From the IMG/VR virus record IMGVR_UViG_3300031576_000001, positions 1-64,000 of that record: a stretch of DNA of 64,000 nucleotides; one strand, given 5' to 3'. Position 1 is the first letter of the stretch, and every line of letters begins with the position of its first letter. Position numbers and translations under genes: made by a program. The notes under the pieces were generated by a model. That model was not told the origin of the DNA. It did not search any database and saw only the letters and a program-made list of their open reading frames with translations. This document shows positions 8,686 through 18,387 of this stretch, in pieces.

Positions 8686-11600
8686 ATGCTGGTTCTCGAC
8701 GACACACGGGCGAAGGTCTATCAGGGCGACAGTGAGTTTGAGCTAGGAGAGCTAGCCAGCGAGTCTATAGACAGCATGGTGACCGACCCTCCCGCGGGAA
8801 TCGCTTTCATGCACGGTAAGACTTCCGGCTGGGATGCTCCCTCTACGTGGAAGTACCCTATCACCAGCCACGGCTTCAAGGATGACCCTGGTAAGTTCAG
8901 AAACCCGGCACCCTCGATAGGGCAGAGCACTCGAAACCCGGTGTGCCAGGTCTGTCACAAGCACAAGCGGGGTAAGAAGCGCTGTCAGTGTGAAGAGCCG
9001 GAGTTTGACGAGCGCGAACACGCCCGAAGCGACCGTGACATATTTATTGCCAAGATGACGGCAATCTTCAAGGAGTGCCTTCGAGTGCTCAAGCCAGGGG
9101 GTCACGCTGCGGTCTGGGCTATCCCTCGTACTGCACACTGGACCGCCATGGCGCTAGAGGAGGCGGGCTTTGAGGTGCGCGACTGTATATCGCACCTCAA
9201 AGACAACTCAGCCGAGCTAGCTAGCTTCTTTGAATCACTCTCGCCCTCTCAGCGTGAAATGTGGATGCGCGCCGAGCCTACCAACGGCTTGATGCTACAC
9301 GTCAACGGGAGCGGGTTTCCCAAGGGAAGAAATATCAGTAAAGAGATTGACGCGCAGTACGGGCGCATTCGATCCTCCGTGAAGCAAGTCAAGCAATCCC
9401 TGCGTGAGAAGTTTGACGCCAGTGGGAAGACCCGTACACAGATTGACAAGGAGTGCGGGTTTCGAGCCAGTAATTACCTCTCCGTAGAAGACGACACCAA
9501 GAGGGATGACCCTTGGTTTAACGTACTGCCCTCTCCTGAAAAATGGCTTGTCCTAAAAAAAGTGCTCGGGCTAGAGGACGAGACAGTCAGTGCCCAGCTA
9601 GACCAGTGGTTCAAGCAAGCCGAGCGTGAGCTTGTGGGTTGGAAAAAGACCGGTCCAGGGATACCCTTCTCTACAGCGGGTGGGCCTACGGAGCTACCTA
9701 TTACAGAGAGTCAGACGCCAGAAGGTAAGCAGTGGAAAGGGTGGAACGTAGCACTCAAGCCCTCTGTAGAGCACTGGCTACTCGTCCGTAAGCCTCTTTG
9801 TGAGGGTACCATTGTGGCTCAGGTTCTTGCCACCGGGACGGGGGCTCTCAACATTGACGCTTGCCGTGTCAAGGGTGGTGCGGGCTACGAAGAGGAAGTA
9901 GCCAAGAACATGGCTTCCTTCAAGAAGCTACATGAGAAGACTCCGGGCTGGAAAAACTCATCTGAGTTTGCCCCTGACGTGGACGGAGCCATGCTGGGTA
10001 GGTGGCCGTCTAACCTCCTCCTCAGTCACACGCAGAGGGTCATGTGTCAGCCCCGCCCTGACCTCTCCGCTGACGTGAAGGCTACGCTGTGGGCTTACTT
10101 TGAGTCGGAGCCCACCGAGGAGCTAGAGGTACGCCAGGAGGCAATCCCTCTTGGGTGGCGCCAGCTTTTCCTCCCTGTGCGTATCGAGGGTTGTAAGCAC
10201 GTAGGGACCAAGATTGTCCGTGCCCCGGTCATCAACCGGTTCGTGGACGGCATGAGGCCCTTCGGTGAGGGTGCGGGTCACAAGTACACTCAGACCGGGG
10301 GTGGTGTAGAGTCCCAAGCTGTTACAGACTGCAAACCCCCCTGCCCCGTGCCCGTGCTGGACAACCAAAGCGGTGACCGTAAGTCTCACGACACGGCTGA
10401 CACGGGTGGTTTTCGAGAGTCTATGCGAGACCCTTCCTGGCTAAAGAGTGGTACCCAACCCTCTTTGCCTCCCGGTCGGGGTGACACGGGCGGGGCTAGT
10501 CGGTTCTTTCCTGTGCTCTGTGCCCCTGAAACTCTAGACAACCAAAGCGGTGAGACCCGTAGTGCTTACCCTGGTAACCCCCAAGTGGCTTCAGCCTACA
10601 ACGCCAGGGACAAGTCAGACCAGAAGTCCCCCAAAGATGTCATCTTTGGGGGTAAAACCCCGGGGAAGGTCTACGGGGACACAGGGAGCGTCTCTCGGTA
10701 CTTCCCTGTCTTCTCTTGCGCGGCTGGCAGCCTGGATGACCAAAGCGGGGAGCGTCGTGGGGGTGGACCTGTTTACACAGCCAACCAAGGTAAGGGTTAC
10801 TGGGCAGGGGGTATGACTGGCGTGGCTACGCCTTTTAGCAGAGAGGCTGACGATGGGGGCGCCTCAAGGTTCTTTCCCACGTTTACTTGCGCGCCCGACA
10901 CCTTGGACAAGCAAACTGGGGAGAGAACCTCGACCCTCACCGGTAAAGCTGACCCCTCTCGCGCCCACACCAACCCAGGTCAAACGTCCAAGGAGTACCT
11001 CTGGGGTAACATCGGTCACGAAGCCTCAACCCATGTTTACGCTGACTCTGGTGGGGGCTCCCGGTTCTTCCCCACGTTTAGCCCGGATTGCGCTTTGCAT
11101 ATCCTCGATATGCAAAGCGGTGACCTCACACCCCACGCGCACAGAGAGGGTTACACTCCGAGGCTGGACACTGGCGTGTACAACCCTGGGCGCAAGGGTT
11201 CTCAAAGCGTGTGGGGTGGGGTTGCCCGGGGGGGCGCCTCTCAGTTTTACCCGTCATTTAGTCCCGAGTGTGCTTTGGAGGTTCAGAACCTCCAAAGCGG
11301 TGACTTGCGCGGAAACACTGGTGGTTCCGGGGGGGTAAGCTCAATCTTTGGTGGGCTCGACGCTTCAAAGACAACCTACAAGGCTTACGGCGACCACGGG
11401 GGTGCTGCTAGGTTCTTCCCCTCCTTTGAGCCCGAGTGCGTCCCGAGTCTCATTGATGCACAGAGCGGGGAGACGGTCTCTTCGCCTCGTACCGGTGACG
11501 ACGCGGGCACCGCCATGGATAAGACCCGTGAGGGCTGGCGGTTCAAGCGAGCTAACGGGGGGTTCTCCGACTCAGGGGGTGGCTCACGGTTCTTCCCCTC

Positions 11601-12114
11601 CTTTGAGCCCGATTGTCCTCTGAACGTCAATGACGTTCAGAGCGGGGTGTCTGTGTCTAGGGCGGGTGGCGTCGCAGGTGGTGAAATCTTCGGTAGTGCC
11701 ACAGGGTTTGTACCACGGAAGGGTCAGAATGACTCTGGTGGGGGGGGTCGCTTCTTCCCCTCGTTTGAGCCTGACCCTACCTTGCCTCCCTTCTACTACA
11801 CGCCCAAGGCGTCTACCGCGGATCGCATCTTGCCTGACGGGTCGAAATCACCTCACCCAACGGTCAAATCGCACGCCCTCATGTCGTGGCTCATCAAATT
11901 GGTCACACCGCCGGGTGGGGTAGTTCTTGACCCCTTCTCAGGTTCCGGGTCCACGCTAGTCTCGGCTGTCAAGCTGGGCTTTCGAGCCGTGGGTATAGAG
12001 CAGGACGAGACCTACATTGGGGTCATCCGTCAACGCCTGGCGGCAGCGCTGGCAGAGAGCACCGACAATGTAGCCAGTCGTGCTGCAATGGACCTAATGC
12101 ACGACATCGAGTGA
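8686..12114 (+). CDS. Beta-class N4/N6 DNA methyltransferase with 8 tandem variable cassettes
   Basis: N-terminal VTDPPAG (motif IV variant) and LRVLKPGG; C-terminal HPTVK...VLDPFSGSGST...GIEQD (motif I); eight LDxQSG...GGxSRFFP repeats. Confidence 0.9.
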   Translation: MLVLDDTRAKVYQGDSEFELGELASESIDSMVTDPPAGIAFMHGKTSGWDAPSTWKYPITSHGFKDDPGKFRNPAPSIGQSTRNPVCQVCHKHKRGKKRCQCEEPEFDEREHARSDRDIFIAKMTAIFKECLRVLKPGGHAAVWAIPRTAHWTAMALEEAGFEVRDCISHLKDNSAELASFFESLSPSQREMWMRAEPTNGLMLHVNGSGFPKGRNISKEIDAQYGRIRSSVKQVKQSLREKFDASGKTRTQIDKECGFRASNYLSVEDDTKRDDPWFNVLPSPEKWLVLKKVLGLEDETVSAQLDQWFKQAERELVGWKKTGPGIPFSTAGGPTELPITESQTPEGKQWKGWNVALKPSVEHWLLVRKPLCEGTIVAQVLATGTGALNIDACRVKGGAGYEEEVAKNMASFKKLHEKTPGWKNSSEFAPDVDGAMLGRWPSNLLLSHTQRVMCQPRPDLSADVKATLWAYFESEPTEELEVRQEAIPLGWRQLFLPVRIEGCKHVGTKIVRAPVINRFVDGMRPFGEGAGHKYTQTGGGVESQAVTDCKPPCPVPVLDNQSGDRKSHDTADTGGFRESMRDPSWLKSGTQPSLPPGRGDTGGASRFFPVLCAPETLDNQSGETRSAYPGNPQVASAYNARDKSDQKSPKDVIFGGKTPGKVYGDTGSVSRYFPVFSCAAGSLDDQSGERRGGGPVYTANQGKGYWAGGMTGVATPFSREADDGGASRFFPTFTCAPDTLDKQTGERTSTLTGKADPSRAHTNPGQTSKEYLWGNIGHEASTHVYADSGGGSRFFPTFSPDCALHILDMQSGDLTPHAHREGYTPRLDTGVYNPGRKGSQSVWGGVARGGASQFYPSFSPECALEVQNLQSGDLRGNTGGSGGVSSIFGGLDASKTTYKAYGDHGGAARFFPSFEPECVPSLIDAQSGETVSSPRTGDDAGTAMDKTREGWRFKRANGGFSDSGGGSRFFPSFEPDCPLNVNDVQSGVSVSRAGGVAGGEIFGSATGFVPRKGQNDSGGGGRFFPSFEPDPTLPPFYYTPKASTADRILPDGSKSPHPTVKSHALMSWLIKLVTPPGGVVLDPFSGSGSTLVSAVKLGFRAVGIEQDETYIGVIRQRLAAALAESTDNVASRAAMDLMHDIE
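10351..11775 (+). repeat. Eight coding tandem repeats (about 55-67 aa each) with conserved borders and variable cores
   Basis: Units start LDNQSG, LDNQSG, LDDQSG, LDKQTG, LDMQSG, QNLQSG, IDAQSG, NDVQSG and end in (D)xGxx(S/A/G)(R/Q)(F/Y)(F/Y)P. Confidence 0.9.
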
Positions 12115-12351
12115 CCCCAGGGACAGGGAACCACCTCTCAGTTCCAGAGGATGGGTGCCCCCTTCCGCGAGGCTACGGTTTCCCTTATGGTCACGTCGGA
12201 CACTGTGCATATCGCGTTGCAAAGACGCCCCACGCTACCAAAATGACACAGCCCCTTCATTTTGGTAACTGTGGTGTCATGCAGTGTATTTCAGGGTGTG
12301 GTAATAACATTTAGTAGGGTAATGAGGTGAAAGGTAGGTGTGATCTTTCTT

Positions 12352-12378
12352 GTGAAGCCCTTCAGCCTCTCAGCGTAA
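12352..12378 (+). promoter_or_regulatory. ECF-sigma-type promoter, copy 3
   Basis: GTGAAG-N16-CGTAAGAGGGATT followed by ATG 12387. Confidence 0.7.
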
Positions 12379-12386
12379 GAGGGATT

Positions 12387-12821
12387 ATGAACAAGCTGAG
12401 TAAGACGCAGTGCGGGGAGTTTGAGGCGGTCAACGTGGCGTTTCAGGGCGCCTGGCAGGACGCCTCTGAGGCGGTCGAGACGTACAACCTCAAGGAGACG
12501 ACCTGGAAAGAGCTGAAGGTCACCCTGGACGACCTGGAGTCCGCCAAGGACGCCGCGCACACCCTCATCACTGCTACCGTGGAGGCCATGCAGGAATACT
12601 ACGACTCGAAGAGCGAGAAGTGGCAGGAGGGGGACAAGGGTACGGCGTACTACGGCTGGATCGAGTCCTGGCAGGATATGGCAGACCGTTTGCAGGACAC
12701 CATGGTCAAGATGACGTGCGTTGCCGAGGTTGAGCAAGGCAACGTGCTCTTGGAAGACCTCATCACGGACACTCTGGAGGAAGACTGCCTCAACGAGTTG
12801 ACCACGGAGCCCGATGGTTGA
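12387..12821 (+). CDS. Acidic hypothetical protein
   Basis: Host-like GC3 codon bias; YYDSKSEKWQEGDKG segment; follows the ECF-type promoter. Confidence 0.75.
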   Translation: MNKLSKTQCGEFEAVNVAFQGAWQDASEAVETYNLKETTWKELKVTLDDLESAKDAAHTLITATVEAMQEYYDSKSEKWQEGDKGTAYYGWIESWQDMADRLQDTMVKMTCVAEVEQGNVLLEDLITDTLEEDCLNELTTEPDG

Positions 12822-12920
12822 CCGAGGACTGAGCCCCCCCAACGGAGCACGAAGCCCTGGTACGGGCGGGTACCAGGGCTTTCCTCTTTTACACCCCGCC
12901 TAGAGGTAGGAGCCCCTGTC

Positions 12921-13595
12921 ATGCACCCCGAGTATAAAATGCGCCTGGACATGGTTGCCAAGCTAGAAGACCTGGACCGGCAAGTTGAAATGACGGACCA
13001 CAACAACCGCGACTTGCAGCGTAAAGCCGCCATCCTGGCGCTACGGAAGGTCAAGGACGCCCGCAGCAAGCTGGTCTTCTCGGGCAACCGCCCCCCGGCG
13101 GGCATGAGCGGTGCCACGGTGGCGCTGGATAACACGGAGACCTTTATCGAGCGCTTTCTGGACCCTAAGTCGGGCTTGTCCTGGGCGGGCTACAAGGGGC
13201 AGCTAGACACGGTAACCAAGGCGCTAAAGGGCATGAAGCGTAGCCAGCCCGAGATTTACGCCTCTTGCGTGTCAGCGCTGGCGGGCTCGGAAATGCTGGC
13301 AACGCAGGGAGGGGTCAACGTCTACAAGTTCTCTTCGGAAATGTTGGAGCTACTGGACGACCTGCTTTTCCGAGCCCCCGGCACGGTGCCTTCCGAAGAG
13401 AAAGTCAAGGCGGGCTACAAGCCGCTTGACCCCGAGGTTGAGGGTGCCTTTGACGGTTTCCTTGTGGACCTTGAGGAAAGCCTAGAGCGTAACCCCGCCG
13501 ACGAGATCGACGAGCGCAAGTTCATCTACGGTCAGATGAAAAGCCTACTTCACCGTGCCCCCAAAGAGCAAATGAAGCTCGATTGGAATGCCTGA
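12921..13595 (+). CDS. Hypothetical protein
   Basis: 224-aa ORF with an upstream AGGAG. Confidence 0.7.
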   Translation: MHPEYKMRLDMVAKLEDLDRQVEMTDHNNRDLQRKAAILALRKVKDARSKLVFSGNRPPAGMSGATVALDNTETFIERFLDPKSGLSWAGYKGQLDTVTKALKGMKRSQPEIYASCVSALAGSEMLATQGGVNVYKFSSEMLELLDDLLFRAPGTVPSEEKVKAGYKPLDPEVEGAFDGFLVDLEESLERNPADEIDERKFIYGQMKSLLHRAPKEQMKLDWNA

Positions 13596-13653
13596 TCCTA
13601 TGGACCTACACCCAGGGTACTGACCTGAGCCCGCTCGGTGTACCCTCTCTGGC

Positions 13654-14004
13654 ATGATACGAGACGTTACGGGCTACAAGGGTCTGGTAGTTACCACCTG
13701 GGGTAGAGACCTCGACGGGAGCCTCTGGGTAGGCGAGAGTCGCCCTGTGACCACCACGATAACCTGCGGGTGCAACACGACCCTTACGCAGAGGGGGTTC
13801 TTCTCGGCGCTGGACCTGGCGAAGTCTGGGTGGGTAGAGGTAGGCGACACCAAGCCCCCTCGGTGGTGGTGTTCTTTCCGGTGTCTGGCGACTCTTGACC
13901 CTGACGGATGGTCCGCCCTAGTCAGAGAGGTACAAGGCAAACGAGACCGGCTAGACCGGCAGCTAGTCGGGCTGCTCGGTACTGCCAGGGTAAACGCAAC
14001 ATGA
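13654..14004 (+). CDS. Hypothetical Cys-containing protein
   Basis: GGTGTA motif 11 nt upstream; CGC...CSFRC. Confidence 0.6.
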   Translation: MIRDVTGYKGLVVTTWGRDLDGSLWVGESRPVTTTITCGCNTTLTQRGFFSALDLAKSGWVEVGDTKPPRWWCSFRCLATLDPDGWSALVREVQGKRDRLDRQLVGLLGTARVNAT

Positions 14005-14258
14005 ACCGACCTAAAACGATCCACGGAAGCGAGGGTGTCTACAAGGGGGAGCACTGCGGCATGTGTTACCGTAACGGTAATCTAGAGGACGCCACCCACA
14101 AGGTAGGCGAAGAGAGTACCCACACCAGACCGATAACCGGGCACAACCTGACCCAGTACCTCTGTTGTTCATGTTTCCGAGAGGTCATGGGTCTACGGTG
14201 CCCCGCACCAGGAGAGGACGACGATGGCACAGCAGACGAAGACAGTTTACGAGTGTGA
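14001..14258 (+). CDS. Small zinc-finger-like protein
   Basis: CGMC...CCSC; ATGA overlap with the upstream gene. Confidence 0.55.
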   Translation: MNRPKTIHGSEGVYKGEHCGMCYRNGNLEDATHKVGEESTHTRPITGHNLTQYLCCSCFREVMGLRCPAPGEDDDGTADEDSLRV

Positions 14259-14565
14259 CCTTTGCTGCACGGAGCTACCTCGGAAGCAACTGGTCACGCT
14301 CCCCCCCGGCGCGTTTATCGGAGAAGTCGAGCTACCCGAGGGACTCGAACCCACCATGCTTTGCGGTCACTGCCTGGCAGAGCGCCTGGGTACCCCTCTG
14401 AGGGTCAAGGTTGAGACGAGGGTGGATGAGCGTGTTGTCTACCGGGATACGTCATCTTCGTCCCGTTCGAGCTACGGAGGGTACAAGGGTCCAAGCGGGC
14501 GCCCTTTCGTGGTGGGGGGCTCTGCGAGAACAGCGCCCCTCTTCACCAACACGTCCTGGGTCTAA
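14224..14565 (+). CDS. Small zinc-finger-like protein
   Basis: YECDLC...LCGHC. Confidence 0.55.
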   Translation: MAQQTKTVYECDLCCTELPRKQLVTLPPGAFIGEVELPEGLEPTMLCGHCLAERLGTPLRVKVETRVDERVVYRDTSSSSRSSYGGYKGPSGRPFVVGGSARTAPLFTNTSWV

Positions 14566-14618
14566 AAGAACACCTCCAACCCTGGGCGCGCTGGCTAGCC
14601 CTTCGATTTGGTCGTCCT

Positions 14619-14981
14619 GTGTACCTTGTAGGGTCCGCCCTTACCTTGTCTCACCCAAGGGACGTTGACGTGCGGGTCGTGCTCACGGATGTTGAGTTTT
14701 CCGCACGGTACGGCGACCCTTCTAACTGGGCAGAGAGGCTCTGGACAGACCGGACCACCTTGGTGAGGTACGGGGCGGATCTATACAACCTCTCCCGCGA
14801 GGCGTCGCTGGCACTGTCGCTCAACCTGGACGTGATGGTGCAACCTGTCAGTGAAACCACGCCCCTCTTGGCAGAACCGAGGCTGCGCCTGGATGACCTC
14901 CCTGCCATCCTCTCTGTCCCTGGGCTAGAGCAAGATGAGTCTAGCCCGAAAGGTAGCCCAGAGGTACAAGAGAGCGTGTGA
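14619..14981 (+). CDS. Minimal nucleotidyltransferase-fold protein (start uncertain)
   Basis: VYLVGSAL...PRDVDVRVVL matches the hG[GS]x-DxD motif of the Pol-beta superfamily. Confidence 0.6.
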   Translation: MYLVGSALTLSHPRDVDVRVVLTDVEFSARYGDPSNWAERLWTDRTTLVRYGADLYNLSREASLALSLNLDVMVQPVSETTPLLAEPRLRLDDLPAILSVPGLEQDESSPKGSPEVQESV

Positions 14982-15399
14982 CGTTTGCGTGGCTTCTCGG
15001 GCGCTAGACGCAGGCGAGAAGGGCATACGTTCGCTGTGGGACTACTCCGATAACACAGTGTCTAACCTGGCGAACCTTGTACCGGGCAATGTGCGAACCA
15101 CTAACCTCCCTGTCATCTGGGTGCGAGTGCAAGGGACCAGCGCTGAGTTTTCTCCCGCCGTGTATCAAGTACGGAGAGAGGGTGAAGCCTGGCCGGAACG
15201 GTGGAACTTCTCGGCGGACTTGGCTGGCACCATGTCAGCTCTAGGCTTGGACTCTAAGTGGCAATATGTTTCTGATGCAGCAAAGACTTACGCTTACGGG
15301 GAGTCGGATACGGTACCCGTCAGGGATTTTGACCTTTCTAACTTTATCTGGCCAGAGGGCTACGTACCAAACACATGGTTAGTTCATCTGATGTGCTAA
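14935..15399 (+). CDS. Hypothetical protein
   Basis: 154-aa ORF with N-terminus MSLARKVAQRYKRA. Confidence 0.6.
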   Translation: MSLARKVAQRYKRACDVCVASRALDAGEKGIRSLWDYSDNTVSNLANLVPGNVRTTNLPVIWVRVQGTSAEFSPAVYQVRREGEAWPERWNFSADLAGTMSALGLDSKWQYVSDAAKTYAYGESDTVPVRDFDLSNFIWPEGYVPNTWLVHLMC

Positions 15400-15586
15400 G
15401 CCCCAACCGCTTGGGTGAGGAGGCGCCGTTGCCCATTCCTTCTGACTGTACGCCACCACCCAGAGGCACGTTGCGATGGACACTGTGCCTTGCACCCAGG
15501 AGCACCAGTGGTGGTACCAACAGTAGAGGACCAACGCTACCAGGGCATAAGCACAACCCCCTAGCAGAGACCACGCTAGTTTTGTC

Positions 15587-15865
15587 ATGCCCGCCACCGT
15601 AGCACCACCCTCTAAGCCTTGGTATCTATACATCCTGGGCAACGCGAAGGGGCTTCTCTACGTGGGGATCACGGTGGACCTTGCTCGGCGCATCGCTCAG
15701 CACAACGGGAAGACCAAGAAGGGCGCTCGGTTTACCCGGGGTCGTGGTCCATGGTATATCCTCTACGTGGAGCACATTGGACCGGGTGTTTCTCAGGCTT
15801 TGCGGAGAGAGCGCCAGGTCAAACGCTTTCACAAGCCACAGAAGCTAAGGCTTTGTGGGTACTGA
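15587..15865 (+). CDS. GIY-YIG nuclease (small, YhbQ/Slx1-like)
   Basis: WYLYIL...LYVGITVDLARRIAQHN...GARFTRGRGPW...ALRRERQVK. Confidence 0.9.
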   Translation: MPATVAPPSKPWYLYILGNAKGLLYVGITVDLARRIAQHNGKTKKGARFTRGRGPWYILYVEHIGPGVSQALRRERQVKRFHKPQKLRLCGY

Positions 15866-16817
15866 GGTAGCGCTCAACCACGGCTGCTGTCCTGGTCGCT
15901 GGGGTCATTACGTAGCTTTCTCCGTACTCTACATAGAGGGGCAACCCTTTCAGGTTGGGCTCTCGCGAGGTCAGGTTTTTCTGAGCAATGAGGTTAGCAA
16001 GTAGCTTCTTTCCCAGAGCAAGAGCTTCGACCTCATTACGCGCCACGGTGGCTCGGATGGCCCAGGCTTGCTTGCCGCGGTAGTAATTGAACTTCTGGCT
16101 CACCAGAGGGAGTACGGCTGGCTTGAGTACCTTCTCTGAGGCAATAAGCATGGGCGTCTCCCCTAGCTTCGCAGCTAGATTATTACTCTTGCTGACCTCT
16201 GGTGTGGGGGGGGTGACTGGCGTGTCAAAGAGGTCAAAACCGCCAGCTTTGTTCAGAGCTTCCTCGGCTTGGCTCGAAAAGAATAGAACCTCGTCGTAGT
16301 CATGGGTCGCTAGAGCCTCCTTGGCGTCGTCAAGCAAGCCTAGTGCCTTATGGTTGGGCTCTGTGCTCATGCCCTTCACGAAGTCTCTCCTGGCCTCGCC
16401 AGTCATTTCGTCTAGCGCGTACTCCGTGTTTACCATGGGTGCTACCACCATGACCACCTCAGCTTTCACCTCTTCGAGGGTCTTGGTAGCGAGGTTGATG
16501 GTACCTTGCACAACCTTACCTTGGTCAGGTGTAAACTTTGCACCATGCTTGAGGAGTGCCGCTTGAAGTGACCTGATTGCCAGGCTCACCGGGGCAGAGC
16601 CAGAGACGTGCCAGTAGTCGAAAGCCTCAAAACTGAGGGACACCTCACGTAGCGCCCGCCCTACAGGACTCTTGGCTACCGCGGGGTCCGCCTTCAAGCG
16701 GGACGCAATCAGCCTAACCAGGGTGTCTACCTGATTGTCTTTCAAGTCATCCAGCTTGTCTTTGATCCGTGGCAACACTTGCATATTTAGCTTTACAGTC
16801 TGAAATGCTTTGCTCAT
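15819..16817 (-). CDS. Hypothetical protein
   Basis: 332-aa ORF, adjacent to and co-oriented with the upstream gene. Confidence 0.7.
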   Translation of the reverse strand: MSKAFQTVKLNMQVLPRIKDKLDDLKDNQVDTLVRLIASRLKADPAVAKSPVGRALREVSLSFEAFDYWHVSGSAPVSLAIRSLQAALLKHGAKFTPDQGKVVQGTINLATKTLEEVKAEVVMVVAPMVNTEYALDEMTGEARRDFVKGMSTEPNHKALGLLDDAKEALATHDYDEVLFFSSQAEEALNKAGGFDLFDTPVTPPTPEVSKSNNLAAKLGETPMLIASEKVLKPAVLPLVSQKFNYYRGKQAWAIRATVARNEVEALALGKKLLANLIAQKNLTSREPNLKGLPLYVEYGESYVMTPATRTAAVVERYLSTHKALASVACESV

Positions 16818-16818
16818 G

Positions 16819-17463
16819 CTATGTTCCGCCTAACCAAGTAAAGTCACCCTCGGCTTTACGCATACGCAAACGAGCCAAGAGCATGGGTCCGTGGACCATC
16901 GTGGCGTACACCCCCCCTGCCCACCGTTTGCGGTCGTAGTCCGACAACCCCTGGTACGCCCTCTCCCTACGTACCGCTATGTTGTACGACGCCTCGCGCA
17001 GCATAGCCTCTTGGTGCTCACCCCAGAACGGAGCGTGACTCATCAACCACACAGAGGTATCAACGACCCCCTCGTCATAAAATGCGTCGCCCTGGGGGAA
17101 CCTGGCTACGGCGCCGTGCGTCATCTCGTGCGTCATTTTCTCCAGCAACCTCCCTGGGTTACCTTCGCACGACCGGCAAATCTCAATTTGCCCGGTGTCG
17201 AGGTCAAAGGAGGCGTTGGCCCCGCTCAGGTGCATAGCGTCCCCCAACGGCAGGATGAGGGGCAACGGCTCCTTCCCATAGGGTCCAAGGCAGGCTTGAA
17301 CGAACCGGTACGCCTTGGGAGCCCACCCCTCGATAAACCGGTCCCACTCAGAGCCACCCCCAAAGACCTTGCTCATGAACGTGGGCGCCAGCGATGCGGT
17401 ACGGCTCGACGCACGCTCACCGGCTTCTTTGAGGTAGCGCTGGGCTCTAAGGGGGAGGGTCAT
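16819..17463 (-). CDS. Putative zincin metallopeptidase
   Basis: THEMTHG (HExxH) followed by YDEG. Confidence 0.7.
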   Translation of the reverse strand: MTLPLRAQRYLKEAGERASSRTASLAPTFMSKVFGGGSEWDRFIEGWAPKAYRFVQACLGPYGKEPLPLILPLGDAMHLSGANASFDLDTGQIEICRSCEGNPGRLLEKMTHEMTHGAVARFPQGDAFYDEGVVDTSVWLMSHAPFWGEHQEAMLREASYNIAVRRERAYQGLSDYDRKRWAGGVYATMVHGPMLLARLRMRKAEGDFTWLGGT

Positions 17464-17465
17464 GC

Positions 17466-17903
17466 TTACCCCCTAGCTTGAGCACTAAGAGAAATGCGCA
17501 AGGCGTTCAGCCGCTCGTAAGCCTCACGATCAGCTTTCAGGGAGGTCATCCGACACCTACGCACTTCACTCATTCCCTCTTGGTGACGACGGTAGGACAC
17601 GAACCCCCAGAGAAGCCTCTTCGCGTCGTCGCTGGGTTGTAGCCACCCGGTCTCACCCTGTACCCAAGCCCAAGCCTCGCCAGGCTCAACGACCTTGATC
17701 TCCGGGGTTAGCACCCTCCCGTAGCGTGTCCAAAGGTACCACCGGCTGTCCTCCTCGTCCTCGGGTACGCCCCGGCGGTAAACTATCGTGCCGTAGCACC
17801 CCCTCTCGTGGTCACTGCAAGGGATGCCGTACCAACCCTCGCCTAGTTCGGCTATCTTCTGCCCAGCTTCTTCTTCGCTCGCTACCAGGGTCTCTTGGTG
17901 CAT
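17466..17903 (-). CDS. Hypothetical protein
   Basis: 145-aa ORF, first gene of a minus-strand unit. Confidence 0.6.
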   Translation of the reverse strand: MHQETLVASEEEAGQKIAELGEGWYGIPCSDHERGCYGTIVYRRGVPEDEEDSRWYLWTRYGRVLTPEIKVVEPGEAWAWVQGETGWLQPSDDAKRLLWGFVSYRRHQEGMSEVRRCRMTSLKADREAYERLNALRISLSAQARG

Positions 17904-17929
17904 GGTGACCTACCCTTACCATGTTTTCC

Positions 17930-17956
17930 GTGAACACTACAACCCGTCCAGCGTAA
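17930..17956 (+). promoter_or_regulatory. ECF-sigma-type promoter, copy 4
   Basis: GTGAAC-N16-CGTAAGAGGGTTT followed by ATG 17965. Confidence 0.7.
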
Positions 17957-17964
17957 GAGGGTTT

Positions 17965-18387
17965 ATGACCCCCACCGAAGTCAAGCCTGTTAACGTCATC
18001 CACCTCTACAAGGGTACTTACATCGAGTGCTTCCTCGTCCGCGAGGCTTACGCCCGCAGCGGCAACGCTCACAACCCCACCAAGGTTTACAGCTACGCTG
18101 TAAAGGACTGGGAGGGTGGCACGGTGTACATCACCAGCACGTTGCGTGCCGCTAAGGCTTTCATCGACGACGTTGTTTTACACATGACTCGACCTTACGT
18201 TGTCTTCTACGACCTGTTTTTTTCAGGTCCGTACAGCCTGACCGTCGAGGCTGACTCCAAAGAGCACGCCCTAGAGGTAGCCCGCGCTGAGGTAGCTCGG
18301 TCAGGCGTAGGCTACGGCGGGAACCTCAAAGAGGACTCTTTCAGGGTAGGTAAAAAGCTGCCCCCCAGGAAGCTCAAGAAACCATGA
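17965..18387 (+). CDS. Hypothetical protein
   Basis: Start reassigned to the ATG directly after the ECF-type promoter. Confidence 0.65.
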   Translation: MTPTEVKPVNVIHLYKGTYIECFLVREAYARSGNAHNPTKVYSYAVKDWEGGTVYITSTLRAAKAFIDDVVLHMTRPYVVFYDLFFSGPYSLTVEADSKEHALEVARAEVARSGVGYGGNLKEDSFRVGKKLPPRKLKKP

